A DNA stretch of 24,000 nt, taken from the NCBI RefSeq assembly GCF_024662215.1, contig NZ_CP096115.1, positions 2,468,935 through 2,492,934 of the forward strand. The letters run 5' to 3'. The stretch comes from Methanoplanus endosymbiosus. GTDB taxonomy: Archaea; Halobacteriota; Methanomicrobia; Methanomicrobiales; Methanomicrobiaceae. Both the position numbers and the translations under genes were made by a program. Every line of letters begins with the position of its first letter. Position 1 is the first letter of the stretch. This document shows positions 16,196 through 23,943 of this stretch, in pieces. Below the pieces are notes generated by a model, which did not search any database, had not been told where the DNA came from, and worked only from the letters and a program-made list of their open reading frames with translations.

Positions 16196-16327
16196 CACAT
16201 CTCCTTATCTTCATCGTTACTCTGACCGGCACAGTCGTGTTTTTCAGTGATATGATGTCTGAAGCAGGCAATGTCAGCTTAGATCAGATGAAAAACTAAT
16301 ATATGCTTAAAAATGGGCGGCCATCAC

Positions 16328-16903
16328 TCATTTTTCATATAGTGCCCTCTGACCTGCAAGTTTAATTCCGGTCTCAAACGCCTCGTCAAGTATATCCTCA
16401 TGTTCTAGTACATCTTTTGGCTTTGCAAGTCCGCCTGCGACTACCCATCCGGAATTTACACCTTTAAAGAAGTGCATTGCAAAGTCAAAGGTCTTTGTAA
16501 TATCTTTGAATGCTGCCCTGTCCGGGTTGCCCTGTGTCATGACAACTGCGTATTTCATTCCGGCATCTATTCTTGAATTGTATTCTTTGTCAATCAGTGC
16601 ATACATTCTGTCGATAAAACTTTTCATCAGACCTGACATATGGGAGAAGTACACCGGAGTGCCGAATACTATCGCATCTGAGTCTCTGATTTTGCCATAT
16701 AATTCCTGCATCCCGTCTTCAAGTCTGCAACTGTCATTTACCTTGCAGTTCATACATCCCTGGCAGTCTTTGAAGTCATAATCGCAGAGATATATAAGTT
16801 CGGTCTCTGCTCCTGCCTTTTCTGCTCCTTCGAGTGTCTTGAATACCAGTGCTGCTGTGTTTCCGTTTTTCCTTGGACTTCCCACAAAACCTGTTACTTT
16901 CAT
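16328..16903 (-). CDS. isf: Iron-sulfur flavoprotein (Isf family, flavodoxin-like FMN reductase fold)
   Basis: 191 aa. It has an NADPH-dependent FMN-reductase-like N-terminus (MKVTGFVGSPRKNGNTAAL). It also has the compact Isf cysteine cluster CQGCMNCKVNDSC (CX2CX2CX5C). Confidence 0.8.
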   Translation of the reverse strand: MKVTGFVGSPRKNGNTAALVFKTLEGAEKAGAETELIYLCDYDFKDCQGCMNCKVNDSCRLEDGMQELYGKIRDSDAIVFGTPVYFSHMSGLMKSFIDRMYALIDKEYNSRIDAGMKYAVVMTQGNPDRAAFKDITKTFDFAMHFFKGVNSGWVVAGGLAKPKDVLEHEDILDEAFETGIKLAGQRALYEK

Positions 16904-16955
16904 ATTGTCTTTCTATTGAAATGAGAGGATATAATATTTCCCTGAGGTTTTTAGA

Positions 16956-17510
16956 TCAGAAGAACTGAAGGGAATATACTGCAATACAGACCACGAAAGG
17001 CACAGTCAGGTTGTCGTCTATTGGTGAGAGCAGTTCGGTAACCGAGCCGGCTATGGCGGCAATAACTGCAATGAATATGGTTGTAAATGGCAGAAGAACA
17101 ATAAATCCGGCAATGAGTCCGGCTGCGGTTCCTTCCCAGGATTTTTTGCCGTATAGTCTGTGTTTTCCAAACTTCGTCCCGACTATTGTTGAGATTCCGT
17201 CTGTTACTGAGAGGACAAGTATTGCAATTGCGGCGTAGTCTTTGGAGAATATTACTGTGCAGAGGAGGGCGCTTATGAAGAATATTATGGCACCTTTGCC
17301 GGGGACTTTGACATCCCTCTCCATTTTGTTTACTATTATTGAGAACAGGGGTATATTGTAGCCTTTGGATATCGCATCCGCAATTGCGACTGATACGAAG
17401 ACAACGGCCGTCATAACCTGCACGGCGAAGTCGTGGGGTGATAAAAGTATGAATGCAGTGATGAGAAGACCAAACAGCATGTGTGAGGTCTTTCTGAATA
17501 TTTCTCTCAT
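16956..17510 (-). CDS. CTP-dependent polyprenol (dolichol/phytol) kinase / CdsA-superfamily membrane protein
   Basis: 184 aa and polytopic. The motif DGISTIVGTKFGKHRLYGKKSWEGTAAGLIAGFIV resembles the cytidylyltransferase family 1 / dolichol kinase signature. Confidence 0.65.
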   Translation of the reverse strand: MREIFRKTSHMLFGLLITAFILLSPHDFAVQVMTAVVFVSVAIADAISKGYNIPLFSIIVNKMERDVKVPGKGAIIFFISALLCTVIFSKDYAAIAILVLSVTDGISTIVGTKFGKHRLYGKKSWEGTAAGLIAGFIVLLPFTTIFIAVIAAIAGSVTELLSPIDDNLTVPFVVCIAVYSLQFF

Positions 17511-17796
17511 ATAGACATTTTATCCGGTTCAGGTTTATTATTTCCCTATTCTTTCCGGAATTTTAAGCCAGGTATTTTCAGTTTACAATTCACAATCTGC
17601 AATTTCCTGTTTCTGTTTTATTTCCGGATTGTTTTTATCTGGTTTTCATCTGCTCATTACCCGTTTTTATATTTTTTTCATCCATCAACCCTTATTTTTC
17701 ATGGGTGAAATTCTCCGGTAAAAAAACAAACTATATCTGTTTAAAGCACACATTTTATTAGGCAATATTAATTCTGTTGATATTGTCTGTATTTGC

Positions 17797-17868
17797 GGGC
17801 TGGTAGATCAGGGGAAGATCGCTACCTTGGCATGGTAGAGGCCGCGGGTTCAATTCCCGCCCAGTCCA
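17797..17868 (+). tRNA. tRNA-Ala: tRNA-Ala (anticodon GGC)
   Basis: GGGCTGG-TA-GATC-AGGGGAA-GATC-G-CTACC-TTGGCAT-GGTAG-AGGCC-GCGGG-TTCAATT-CCCGC-CCAGTCC-A. All stems pair. The G3:U70 alanine identity pair is present. A T-run (GGTTTTTTC) lies downstream. Confidence 0.9.
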
Positions 17869-18028
17869 CTATTCTTCGTATTTCAGGGTTTAGGTTTTTT
17901 CTTCTGTTAAAAATGCAGTGTTCCTGATATTTTATGTTTTATCCTTCAGCCTGTCAGAAGGGTAACGGTTGTAAAAGAGCGATTCTGAGGTGAAGTGTTA
18001 CCTGTACAGATGACTTTTTCTGATTGAC

Positions 18029-18436
18029 TCAGTATGATATTACAGGGACATTGTAGCGGTTTGTGAAATGATTATCTCTTGTAATGACAGCCTGTCCTGT
18101 GCGGTGTGCTATTGCTGCAATGGCTATATCATACCCTCTGAGTTTCCGGACGGGATTTTTCTTCCGGCACTTGAGATCACGGCAATATATGCCGCACATT
18201 TCACTGTCTGAAGGACAATATCTTTCTATAGGGAACCTTTTGAGTATGTTGTTTATTTTATCATAATCGGCTTTAGGGTTGCCTGATTTATTTCCTATGC
18301 CCTGATAGAGTTCTATGTTTGTAAATATGGTACTTGAAATTTCAATCTCTTTCTTTTTTAACTCTTCCAGAATACAAATTGCTTTTACGTTCCCTTCCAG
18401 GAGGTCCAGTATAAAGCAGGTGTCTGCTAAAGGCAA
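18029..18436 (-). CDS. vapC: PIN-domain toxin (VapC family)
   Basis: 135 aa. The conserved acidic positions are in a typical PIN context: LADTCFILDLL (N-terminal D), NIELYQG (E), YDIAIAAIAH (D) and ITRDNHF (D). It begins 2 nt after the upstream antitoxin stop. Confidence 0.8.
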   Translation of the reverse strand: MPLADTCFILDLLEGNVKAICILEELKKKEIEISSTIFTNIELYQGIGNKSGNPKADYDKINNILKRFPIERYCPSDSEMCGIYCRDLKCRKKNPVRKLRGYDIAIAAIAHRTGQAVITRDNHFTNRYNVPVISY

Positions 18437-18438
18437 TT

Positions 18439-18723
18439 TTATTCCTCTACCGGTTTTTCTTTTTCTTTCTTTTCTGTTATCTTATCTGTTTCTTCCCTTT
18501 CTTCACGAACATATCCTGCAATTCGTTTATAGTCCTCGCGATTGGCTTTAAGTTCTTCAAGCATTTCATCATATTTGTCCCTGACACGTGGTTCTGCAAT
18601 GAATCTGCATATAACATCATCATATGTGTCATTTTCCCCTTTTCTTGCTTTAATACGGTTAAATGTGTCTATGCTGATAGTTATCGTCTTCCTCTGCGGT
18701 TGAGGGTTTGCACTCTGAGCCAT
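18439..18723 (-). CDS. vapB: VapB-like antitoxin (archaeal DUF217-type), with a charged C-terminal tail
   Basis: 94 aa. KTITISIDTFNRIKARKGENDTYDDVICRFI matches the pattern of archaeal putative VapB antitoxins. It lies immediately upstream of the PIN gene. Confidence 0.6.
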   Translation of the reverse strand: MAQSANPQPQRKTITISIDTFNRIKARKGENDTYDDVICRFIAEPRVRDKYDEMLEELKANREDYKRIAGYVREEREETDKITEKKEKEKPVEE

Positions 18724-18859
18724 ATTATTCTAATTGATGTCTGATAATTTTAGATTTTCCGTAGTGGCCCTTATCTTCATAAAATTATGAAAATCCGGAT
18801 AAATCTTTAAATCCACTGAAAATCTGTAAACCCGTAGTCTGTAAAATGGTATTTTAGTG

Positions 18860-21800
18860 TCAGACCTGTGCAGTCTTAATTTTCCTGTATATGTCTGAAC
18901 GCATCAGGTCCATTGTGTACTGCATAAATGAAGAATCATTGAACATGCGGATGAAGAATTCATCATTCTGCTCATACCTCTGAATTGCTATATCTTTGAA
19001 CACTTTTTCAAAGACCGGCCTGAACACACGCTCATCATTGTTCTGTGCAAAATTGACAAGGCTCTCTTCGGCCCGGATATCATTTTCAATCTGTAGCAAA
19101 ACCTTATCCATCTCGGTAAAGTCTGTGCCGAACTTTTCATTTATCCGGTCAAGAAGTTTTGTGAGTGTGTCTTTCTTCTCTTTTTTAACTCCGGCTTCTC
19201 CTTTGATTGGATCAATTGAATAGTCATCATGTTTCTCCATGACAATTGATCCTCCAAAGCTCTTTTCAAGTCTGTAGTACTGAAGAAGGATCTTATCGTC
19301 AAGGTCCACAGTTACTTTCTCACCTTTTGGAAGTACGGTTGAGAGGAATTTTGCATATGCACTGAATTTGTGCAGATCTTTGTCAGACATCCTGCATACC
19401 TGAGTGATAAACCCATATATCCGGATGAAGCGTGAGAGTGTTGTTCTGAATGTTTCACGCTCTTCAATAGATTTTGCAGCAAACCTGTCCATTGCAGGCT
19501 GAAGTGTTGCAGAGAGTTTTCCCATCTCCTTTTCCTCCCGGTCTGCAAAGAAAATCTCTGCAAAAGAGCTTATCTCTGATTCCCTGTATATCCGGAAGTC
19601 ATCAAGGGTGTATTTGAGATCATAGAGGACATTGGGATTCGTCTCCTCTGCAAGTATTGTTGCCTCGTAATACTGCTGAAATGCCTCCCGGATATCTTCA
19701 GCGGAGTTTACAAAGTCCAGAACAAATGTGCTTTCTTTGCCTTCGGCAGTTCTGTTTATCCGTGAGAGTGTCTGAACTGCTTTTACTCCGCTGAGCTTTT
19801 TATCGACAAACATTGTGTGAAGATACGGCTCATCAAATCCGGTCTGGTATTTCTCTGCTACAATGAGGATATTGAAATTTTCATGAAATTCTTTTGGGAG
19901 CTGTTTTTCCTTAATCTGTTCACCGGATTCTGTCCTGTTTATCTTCTCTTCTGTCCATGTCATACCTTCGTCTGTTATGTCGCCGGAGAAGGCGACTAAA
20001 ACATCAAGGTCTCTGTATCCTTTCTCTTTGATGTACCGCTTAAACTCAAAGCAGTACCTTACTGCATGCAGGCGTGAGGGTGTGACGACCATTGCCTTTG
20101 CCCTGCCGCCGATCTGGTTTTTAGTCTGATTCCGGAAGTGCTCAACCATAATTATGGTCTTTTGTGCGATGTTGTGGGGGTGAAGGCTTTCGTACCGCCT
20201 TATTGCTTTTATTCCTGCGGCTGTATCAAGCTCCGGATCATTGGGTATGTTTTTGATTATCCGGTAGTACATGCTGTATGTCATGTAGTTTTTCAAAACG
20301 TCCAGAATGAATCCTTCTTCAATGGCCTGACGCATTGAGTAGATGTGAAATGCCCTGTATTTGCCGTCCGGCTGTCTGACTCCGAACATCTGAAGTGTTT
20401 TGTCTTTGGGTGTTGCGGTGAAGGCGAAGAATGAGAGGTTTTTATGCCGGCCCTGTGCTGCAATTTCGGCGACTAACCTGTCTTCTTCGTCAGGTCGCTT
20501 CTCCTCTTCTTCGAGTTCTGCTTTTGCGTATTCCTCAAGGATCTCTTCTGTGTCTGCAAGGGCTGTTTTGAGCTTTTTTGCCGCTTCTCCGGTCTGTGAC
20601 GAATGTGCTTCATCCACAATGACTGCAAAATTTCTGTTGCCTGATTTTATTTCCTTAAAGATTACGGGGAATTTCTGAAGTGTTGTGATGATTATTCCTG
20701 CACCGGAGTTGATGGCATCTCTAAGCTGTTTTGAGTTTTTGTCTATTTTTACAACGACACCTTCGACATGGTCGAACTGATAGATGGTGTCCTGTAGCTG
20801 GCTGTCGAGTACTCTTCTGTCGGTGACGACTATTGTAGATTTGAATATTTTTTCATCTGAGCTGTCATGCAGTCCTGAGAGCCGGTGTGCAAGCCATGCG
20901 ATGGAGTTTGACTTTCCGCTTCCGGCGCTGTGCTGTATGAGATAATTTTTGCCTGCTCCGTTCTCTTTTATGTCTGATAGGAGTTTTGTTACAACGTCAA
21001 GCTGATGGTATCTTGGGAAGATGAGGGTCTCTTTTGTCTCTGTCTTTCCATTGCTGTCTGTTGTGGTTTCGGTTTTGATGTGGAGGTATTTGTGAAGGAT
21101 TTCAAGCAGGCAGTCTTTTGTTAGAACTTTTTCCCAGAGATATGAGGTCTGGTATTTTCCGTAGGTTATGGGGTTTCCGGCACCTCCTACCTCGCCTGCT
21201 CCGTTTGATCCCTGATTGAAGGGTATGAATTTTGTTTTCGCTCCGTTTAGGCGGGTGGTCATATAGACGTTGCAGAGGTCAACTGCGAAGTGAACAATAA
21301 TTCTCTTTTTGAATTCAAATACGGGATCACGGGAATTTCTGTCAAATCTGTACTGCCCGATTGCGTTTTTTACATTCTGGCCGGTGAACTGGTTTTTGAG
21401 TTCGATTGACACAACCGGAATTCCGTTTACGAAAAGCACAATATCAAGGCTGTTCTCATTTGCCGGGGAGTAGTGGAGCTGTCTTGTGCAGTGGAGAATA
21501 TTTTTGGCGTAGCGTTCTGTTGACTCTTCGTTGATTGCTGTCTCCGGCTTCCAGAAGACTACCCTGAATCTGCAGCCCCTGTCGTTTATTCCCTGCCGGA
21601 GTACCCGGATGATGCCTGTTCTTGCGGTTTCCCTTGTAAATCTCTCAAGGAATGCTTTCTCGCTGTCACTGCCGTATATGCCGACATATTTTTTCCACTC
21701 CTTTGGCTGTGTTTCCTTAATGAATGAGAGCAGTGTTTTGGTGTCAAGAGCAAGACTGCGGTTGAACTGTTCCGGGTTTCCCCTGGTATAACCCCCGTTT

Positions 21801-21898
21801 GTGCAGAGTGAATATTCTATATCGGTCTCAAACTGTTTTTCTGTGTAATCTCCGGCTGCCATCTGCTTAAAATCCCCGTATGTTGAACTGTTATTCAT
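18860..21898 (-). CDS. hsdR: Type I restriction enzyme, R (endonuclease/translocase) subunit
   Basis: 1012 aa. The N-terminal PD-(D/E)xK nuclease region is DIVLFVNGIPVVSIELK. SF2 helicase motifs are HSAGSGKSNS (I), VIVDEAHSSQ (II, DEAH), FAFTATP (III) and QTLSRINR (VI). The ORF appears intact. Confidence 0.92.
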   Translation of the reverse strand: MNNSSTYGDFKQMAAGDYTEKQFETDIEYSLCTNGGYTRGNPEQFNRSLALDTKTLLSFIKETQPKEWKKYVGIYGSDSEKAFLERFTRETARTGIIRVLRQGINDRGCRFRVVFWKPETAINEESTERYAKNILHCTRQLHYSPANENSLDIVLFVNGIPVVSIELKNQFTGQNVKNAIGQYRFDRNSRDPVFEFKKRIIVHFAVDLCNVYMTTRLNGAKTKFIPFNQGSNGAGEVGGAGNPITYGKYQTSYLWEKVLTKDCLLEILHKYLHIKTETTTDSNGKTETKETLIFPRYHQLDVVTKLLSDIKENGAGKNYLIQHSAGSGKSNSIAWLAHRLSGLHDSSDEKIFKSTIVVTDRRVLDSQLQDTIYQFDHVEGVVVKIDKNSKQLRDAINSGAGIIITTLQKFPVIFKEIKSGNRNFAVIVDEAHSSQTGEAAKKLKTALADTEEILEEYAKAELEEEEKRPDEEDRLVAEIAAQGRHKNLSFFAFTATPKDKTLQMFGVRQPDGKYRAFHIYSMRQAIEEGFILDVLKNYMTYSMYYRIIKNIPNDPELDTAAGIKAIRRYESLHPHNIAQKTIIMVEHFRNQTKNQIGGRAKAMVVTPSRLHAVRYCFEFKRYIKEKGYRDLDVLVAFSGDITDEGMTWTEEKINRTESGEQIKEKQLPKEFHENFNILIVAEKYQTGFDEPYLHTMFVDKKLSGVKAVQTLSRINRTAEGKESTFVLDFVNSAEDIREAFQQYYEATILAEETNPNVLYDLKYTLDDFRIYRESEISSFAEIFFADREEKEMGKLSATLQPAMDRFAAKSIEERETFRTTLSRFIRIYGFITQVCRMSDKDLHKFSAYAKFLSTVLPKGEKVTVDLDDKILLQYYRLEKSFGGSIVMEKHDDYSIDPIKGEAGVKKEKKDTLTKLLDRINEKFGTDFTEMDKVLLQIENDIRAEESLVNFAQNNDERVFRPVFEKVFKDIAIQRYEQNDEFFIRMFNDSSFMQYTMDLMRSDIYRKIKTAQV

Positions 21899-21947
21899 CA
21901 GTGATTAAAATCTGTTAATGACTGATGTGTTATTTTTCTGTCATTAA

Positions 21948-21991
21948 ACCATGTTTTAGCTATTATTTTACCATGATTTAGCTATGATTTT
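21948..21991. repeat. Imperfect 22-bp tandem direct repeat (x2) in the hsdR / MNT divergent intergenic region
   Basis: ACCATGTTTTAGCTATTATTTT (21948-21969) is immediately followed by ACCATGATTTAGCTATGATTTT (21970-21991). 20 of 22 positions are identical. Confidence 0.8.
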
Positions 21992-22178
21992 ATATTGTTT
22001 GTGCTGTGATAATAATTTATTGAGTTATCCTGCTTTTCTTTCTGATGATTAGAATGTTTTTATGCGAAATCTCTATTATGATCTCTGACATACAGAGTAA
22101 TTATCAGATAACAGTGTCATATTCGGGTATTTGATGGCGGTATCAGATACGGGCATGAGATTTTTGGAGGTTATGCAG

Positions 22179-22508
22179 ATGAGCGGTTCATATGTCAGTA
22201 TTCGTGAAGAGGTTTTAAAAAAACTTGAGCGTGAGCTGCCTTATCTTCAGGAAGAGTTTGATATTGAAACGATAGGGATTTTTGGTTCTGTAAGCAGGGG
22301 AGAGGATACGCCTGACAGCGATGTCGATGTGCTTTATACATTTAAGCACGGTGCTGTTGGAATCCGGAAGTTTCTGGACCTTGCTGATTTTCTGGAAAAC
22401 CTGTTCGGAAGAAAGGTTGAGCTTGTATCCGAAAAGTATCTGAGTCCTTATATCAGACCTTATGTTGAAGCCGATGTTGTTTTGTATGGTGCGGATGCGG
22501 GTTTTTAG
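22179..22508 (+). CDS. Minimal nucleotidyltransferase (MNT / NTP_transf_2 family, antitoxin-type)
   Basis: It carries the signature GIFGSVSRGEDTPDSDVDVL (GS...DxD). The start is chosen at the ATG at 22179, 8 nt after GGAGG (22166-22170). The track ORF begins at a TTG at 22131. Confidence 0.85.
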   Translation: MSGSYVSIREEVLKKLERELPYLQEEFDIETIGIFGSVSRGEDTPDSDVDVLYTFKHGAVGIRKFLDLADFLENLFGRKVELVSEKYLSPYIRPYVEADVVLYGADAGF

Positions 22509-23507
22509 ATGATCAATAACTCAGATTATGAACTGCTGACTGCAAAGCAGAATCTAAAGAAGGAGGATGTTGTCAGGTGTCTGGATTATACCACATATTT
22601 TGACCTGGTTAAAATACCTCTTCCAACTGAGATTGATAAGATTATTCATTATCTTGCAGAGGAGCGTATTGTAATTTTGGAGGACAACGGGCTGTATTCA
22701 ATAACAAACCTTGGTGCGATCATGTTTGCCCGGAAACTGTCCTATTTTCCGGGAATTTTCAGAAAGAGCATCAGGGTTATTCAGTACAGGGGCAATAACC
22801 GGATTGAAGCAGTCCGTGAGTATGAAGAGTTAAAGGGCTATGCATCAGGCTTTGAAGGACTTATTACATACATAAGCGGGCTTTTGCCAATGTCCGAGGT
22901 TATCGTATCCGGTATGAGAAGAACTGTCTCTTCTTATCCGATGGATGCAGTCCGCGAACTTATCGCAAATGCACTTATTCATCAGGACTTATCAGTTACC
23001 GGTGCAGGCCCTATGATTGAGATATTTGAAAGCCGTATTGAGATCACCAATCCGGGGGCACCGCTTGTTGATGTCTGGCGTATTATTGACAATCCTCCAA
23101 GGTCACGCAATGAGATACTCTCCTCTCTGATGCGAAGAATTGGTTTTTGTGAAGAGCGTGGAAGCGGATGGGACAAAGTGGTTTCTCTTTGTGAGTTATC
23201 CCAGCTCCCGGTGCCTAAGATTGAGGAGTATGAGGAATTTACCAGAGTGACGATGTACAGCCACATCCCTTACAATAAGATGACTCATGAGGAGAGATTG
23301 TGGGCCTGTTACATGCATGCATGTCTAAAGCAGGTCAGCAATGATTACATGACCAATAAGTCCCTTCGCGAGCGTTTTGGTCTTTCTCCCTCAAAGAATT
23401 CCGCAATTTCCAAACTGATTAAAGACGCTCTTACCAAAGATCTCATAAAACCCTTTGACCCCGACACAGCACCGAGGTATATGAAATATGTACCCATCTG
23501 GGCGTGA
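22509..23507 (+). CDS. RecG-C-terminal/HATPase_c_4-like protein with a putative C-terminal DNA-binding region; lacks a recognisable AlbA_2 N-domain
   Basis: 332 aa. AVRELIANALIHQDLSV...IEIFESRIEITNPGAPL...PRSRNEILSSLMRRIGFCEERGSGWDKV matches the motif pattern of the divergent-AAA/HATPase_c_4 family. Its ATG directly abuts the MNT stop (TAGATG). Confidence 0.7.
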   Translation: MINNSDYELLTAKQNLKKEDVVRCLDYTTYFDLVKIPLPTEIDKIIHYLAEERIVILEDNGLYSITNLGAIMFARKLSYFPGIFRKSIRVIQYRGNNRIEAVREYEELKGYASGFEGLITYISGLLPMSEVIVSGMRRTVSSYPMDAVRELIANALIHQDLSVTGAGPMIEIFESRIEITNPGAPLVDVWRIIDNPPRSRNEILSSLMRRIGFCEERGSGWDKVVSLCELSQLPVPKIEEYEEFTRVTMYSHIPYNKMTHEERLWACYMHACLKQVSNDYMTNKSLRERFGLSPSKNSAISKLIKDALTKDLIKPFDPDTAPRYMKYVPIWA

Positions 23508-23536
23508 TTAGTATGGTAATTTGCTGCTATATGTTG

Positions 23537-23743
23537 TCAGAGTTCTGATTCGTCAATACCTGAAAGTTTCATCAGATGCTTCTGTAAACCAATTTTTAGT
23601 GAAGTATTTCCATGTACAGGAACAGTAATTCTGTTTGGATCTCCAAATTTGCAATATATGTGGTGACTTCCGGAAATTCTCTTTAGTTCCCATCCATGTG
23701 ATTCCAGAAGACTACAGAATTTTTTACCACTGACGGCTTTCAA
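23537..23743 (-). CDS. hicA: HicA-family toxin (canonical)
   Basis: [62 protein letters not shown] is a textbook HicA sequence. The likely start is the TTG at 23743-23741, which overlaps the hicB stop as TTGA. The longer track ORF (to 23809) adds an atypical Cys/Arg-rich leader overlapping hicB. Confidence 0.8.
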   Translation of the reverse strand: MKAVSGKKFCSLLESHGWELKRISGSHHIYCKFGDPNRITVPVHGNTSLKIGLQKHLMKLSGIDESEL

Positions 23744-23943
23744 ACCGCTATCTCCATGATTCTGTCTTTTCCTGAAAGAGAAAGGTCCTGTACATCTACA
23801 GACAGACACCCTTCAACTGCGTCATAAAGATTGGCAAGTAATTCATCAAAAGTTTCACCCTGAGTTACACATCCAGGAATTGAAGGGACTTCTGCCCAGA
23901 ATCCACCTTCTTCTGCCTCATGAATGATTACTTTCAGTTTCAT
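23740..23943 (-). CDS. hicB: HicB-family antitoxin (short, UPF0150 domain only)
   Basis: [47 protein letters not shown] is the canonical HicB N-domain. It lies immediately upstream of hicA and overlaps it. Confidence 0.85.
   Translation of the reverse strand: MKLKVIIHEAEEGGFWAEVPSIPGCVTQGETFDELLANLYDAVEGCLSVDVQDLSLSGKDRIMEIAV

Larger units (their letters stand above)
14860..16200 (+). mobile_element. Non-autonomous IS200/IS605-family (IS1341-type) element carrying tnpB only
   Basis: tnpB is flanked by two subterminal hairpins with an identical loop. The left-end (LE) hairpin is CCCCTTGG-TCTTTAG-CCAAGGGG (14864-14886). The right-end (RE) hairpin is CCTCTGGG-TCTTTAG-CCCAGAGG (16168-16190). 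The stems differ at two positions and both differences are compensated. No tnpA (Y1 transposase) is present. The exact element ends are approximate. Confidence 0.8.

Noticed and set aside
16240-16300. Possible stand-alone box C/D sRNA (GTGATATGATGTCTGA ... CAGATGA)
   Set aside because: Box-like strings are present, but the C-like and D-like boxes are adjacent with no ~12-nt guide spacers and there is no C'/D' arrangement. It does not fit the C/D architecture.
23537-23809. Long 90-aa version of the distal hicA ORF
   Set aside because: The first 22 codons ([22 protein letters not shown]) overlap hicB out of frame and are atypical for HicA. A TTG start at 23743 that forms a TTGA overlap with the hicB stop gives a canonical-length HicA.
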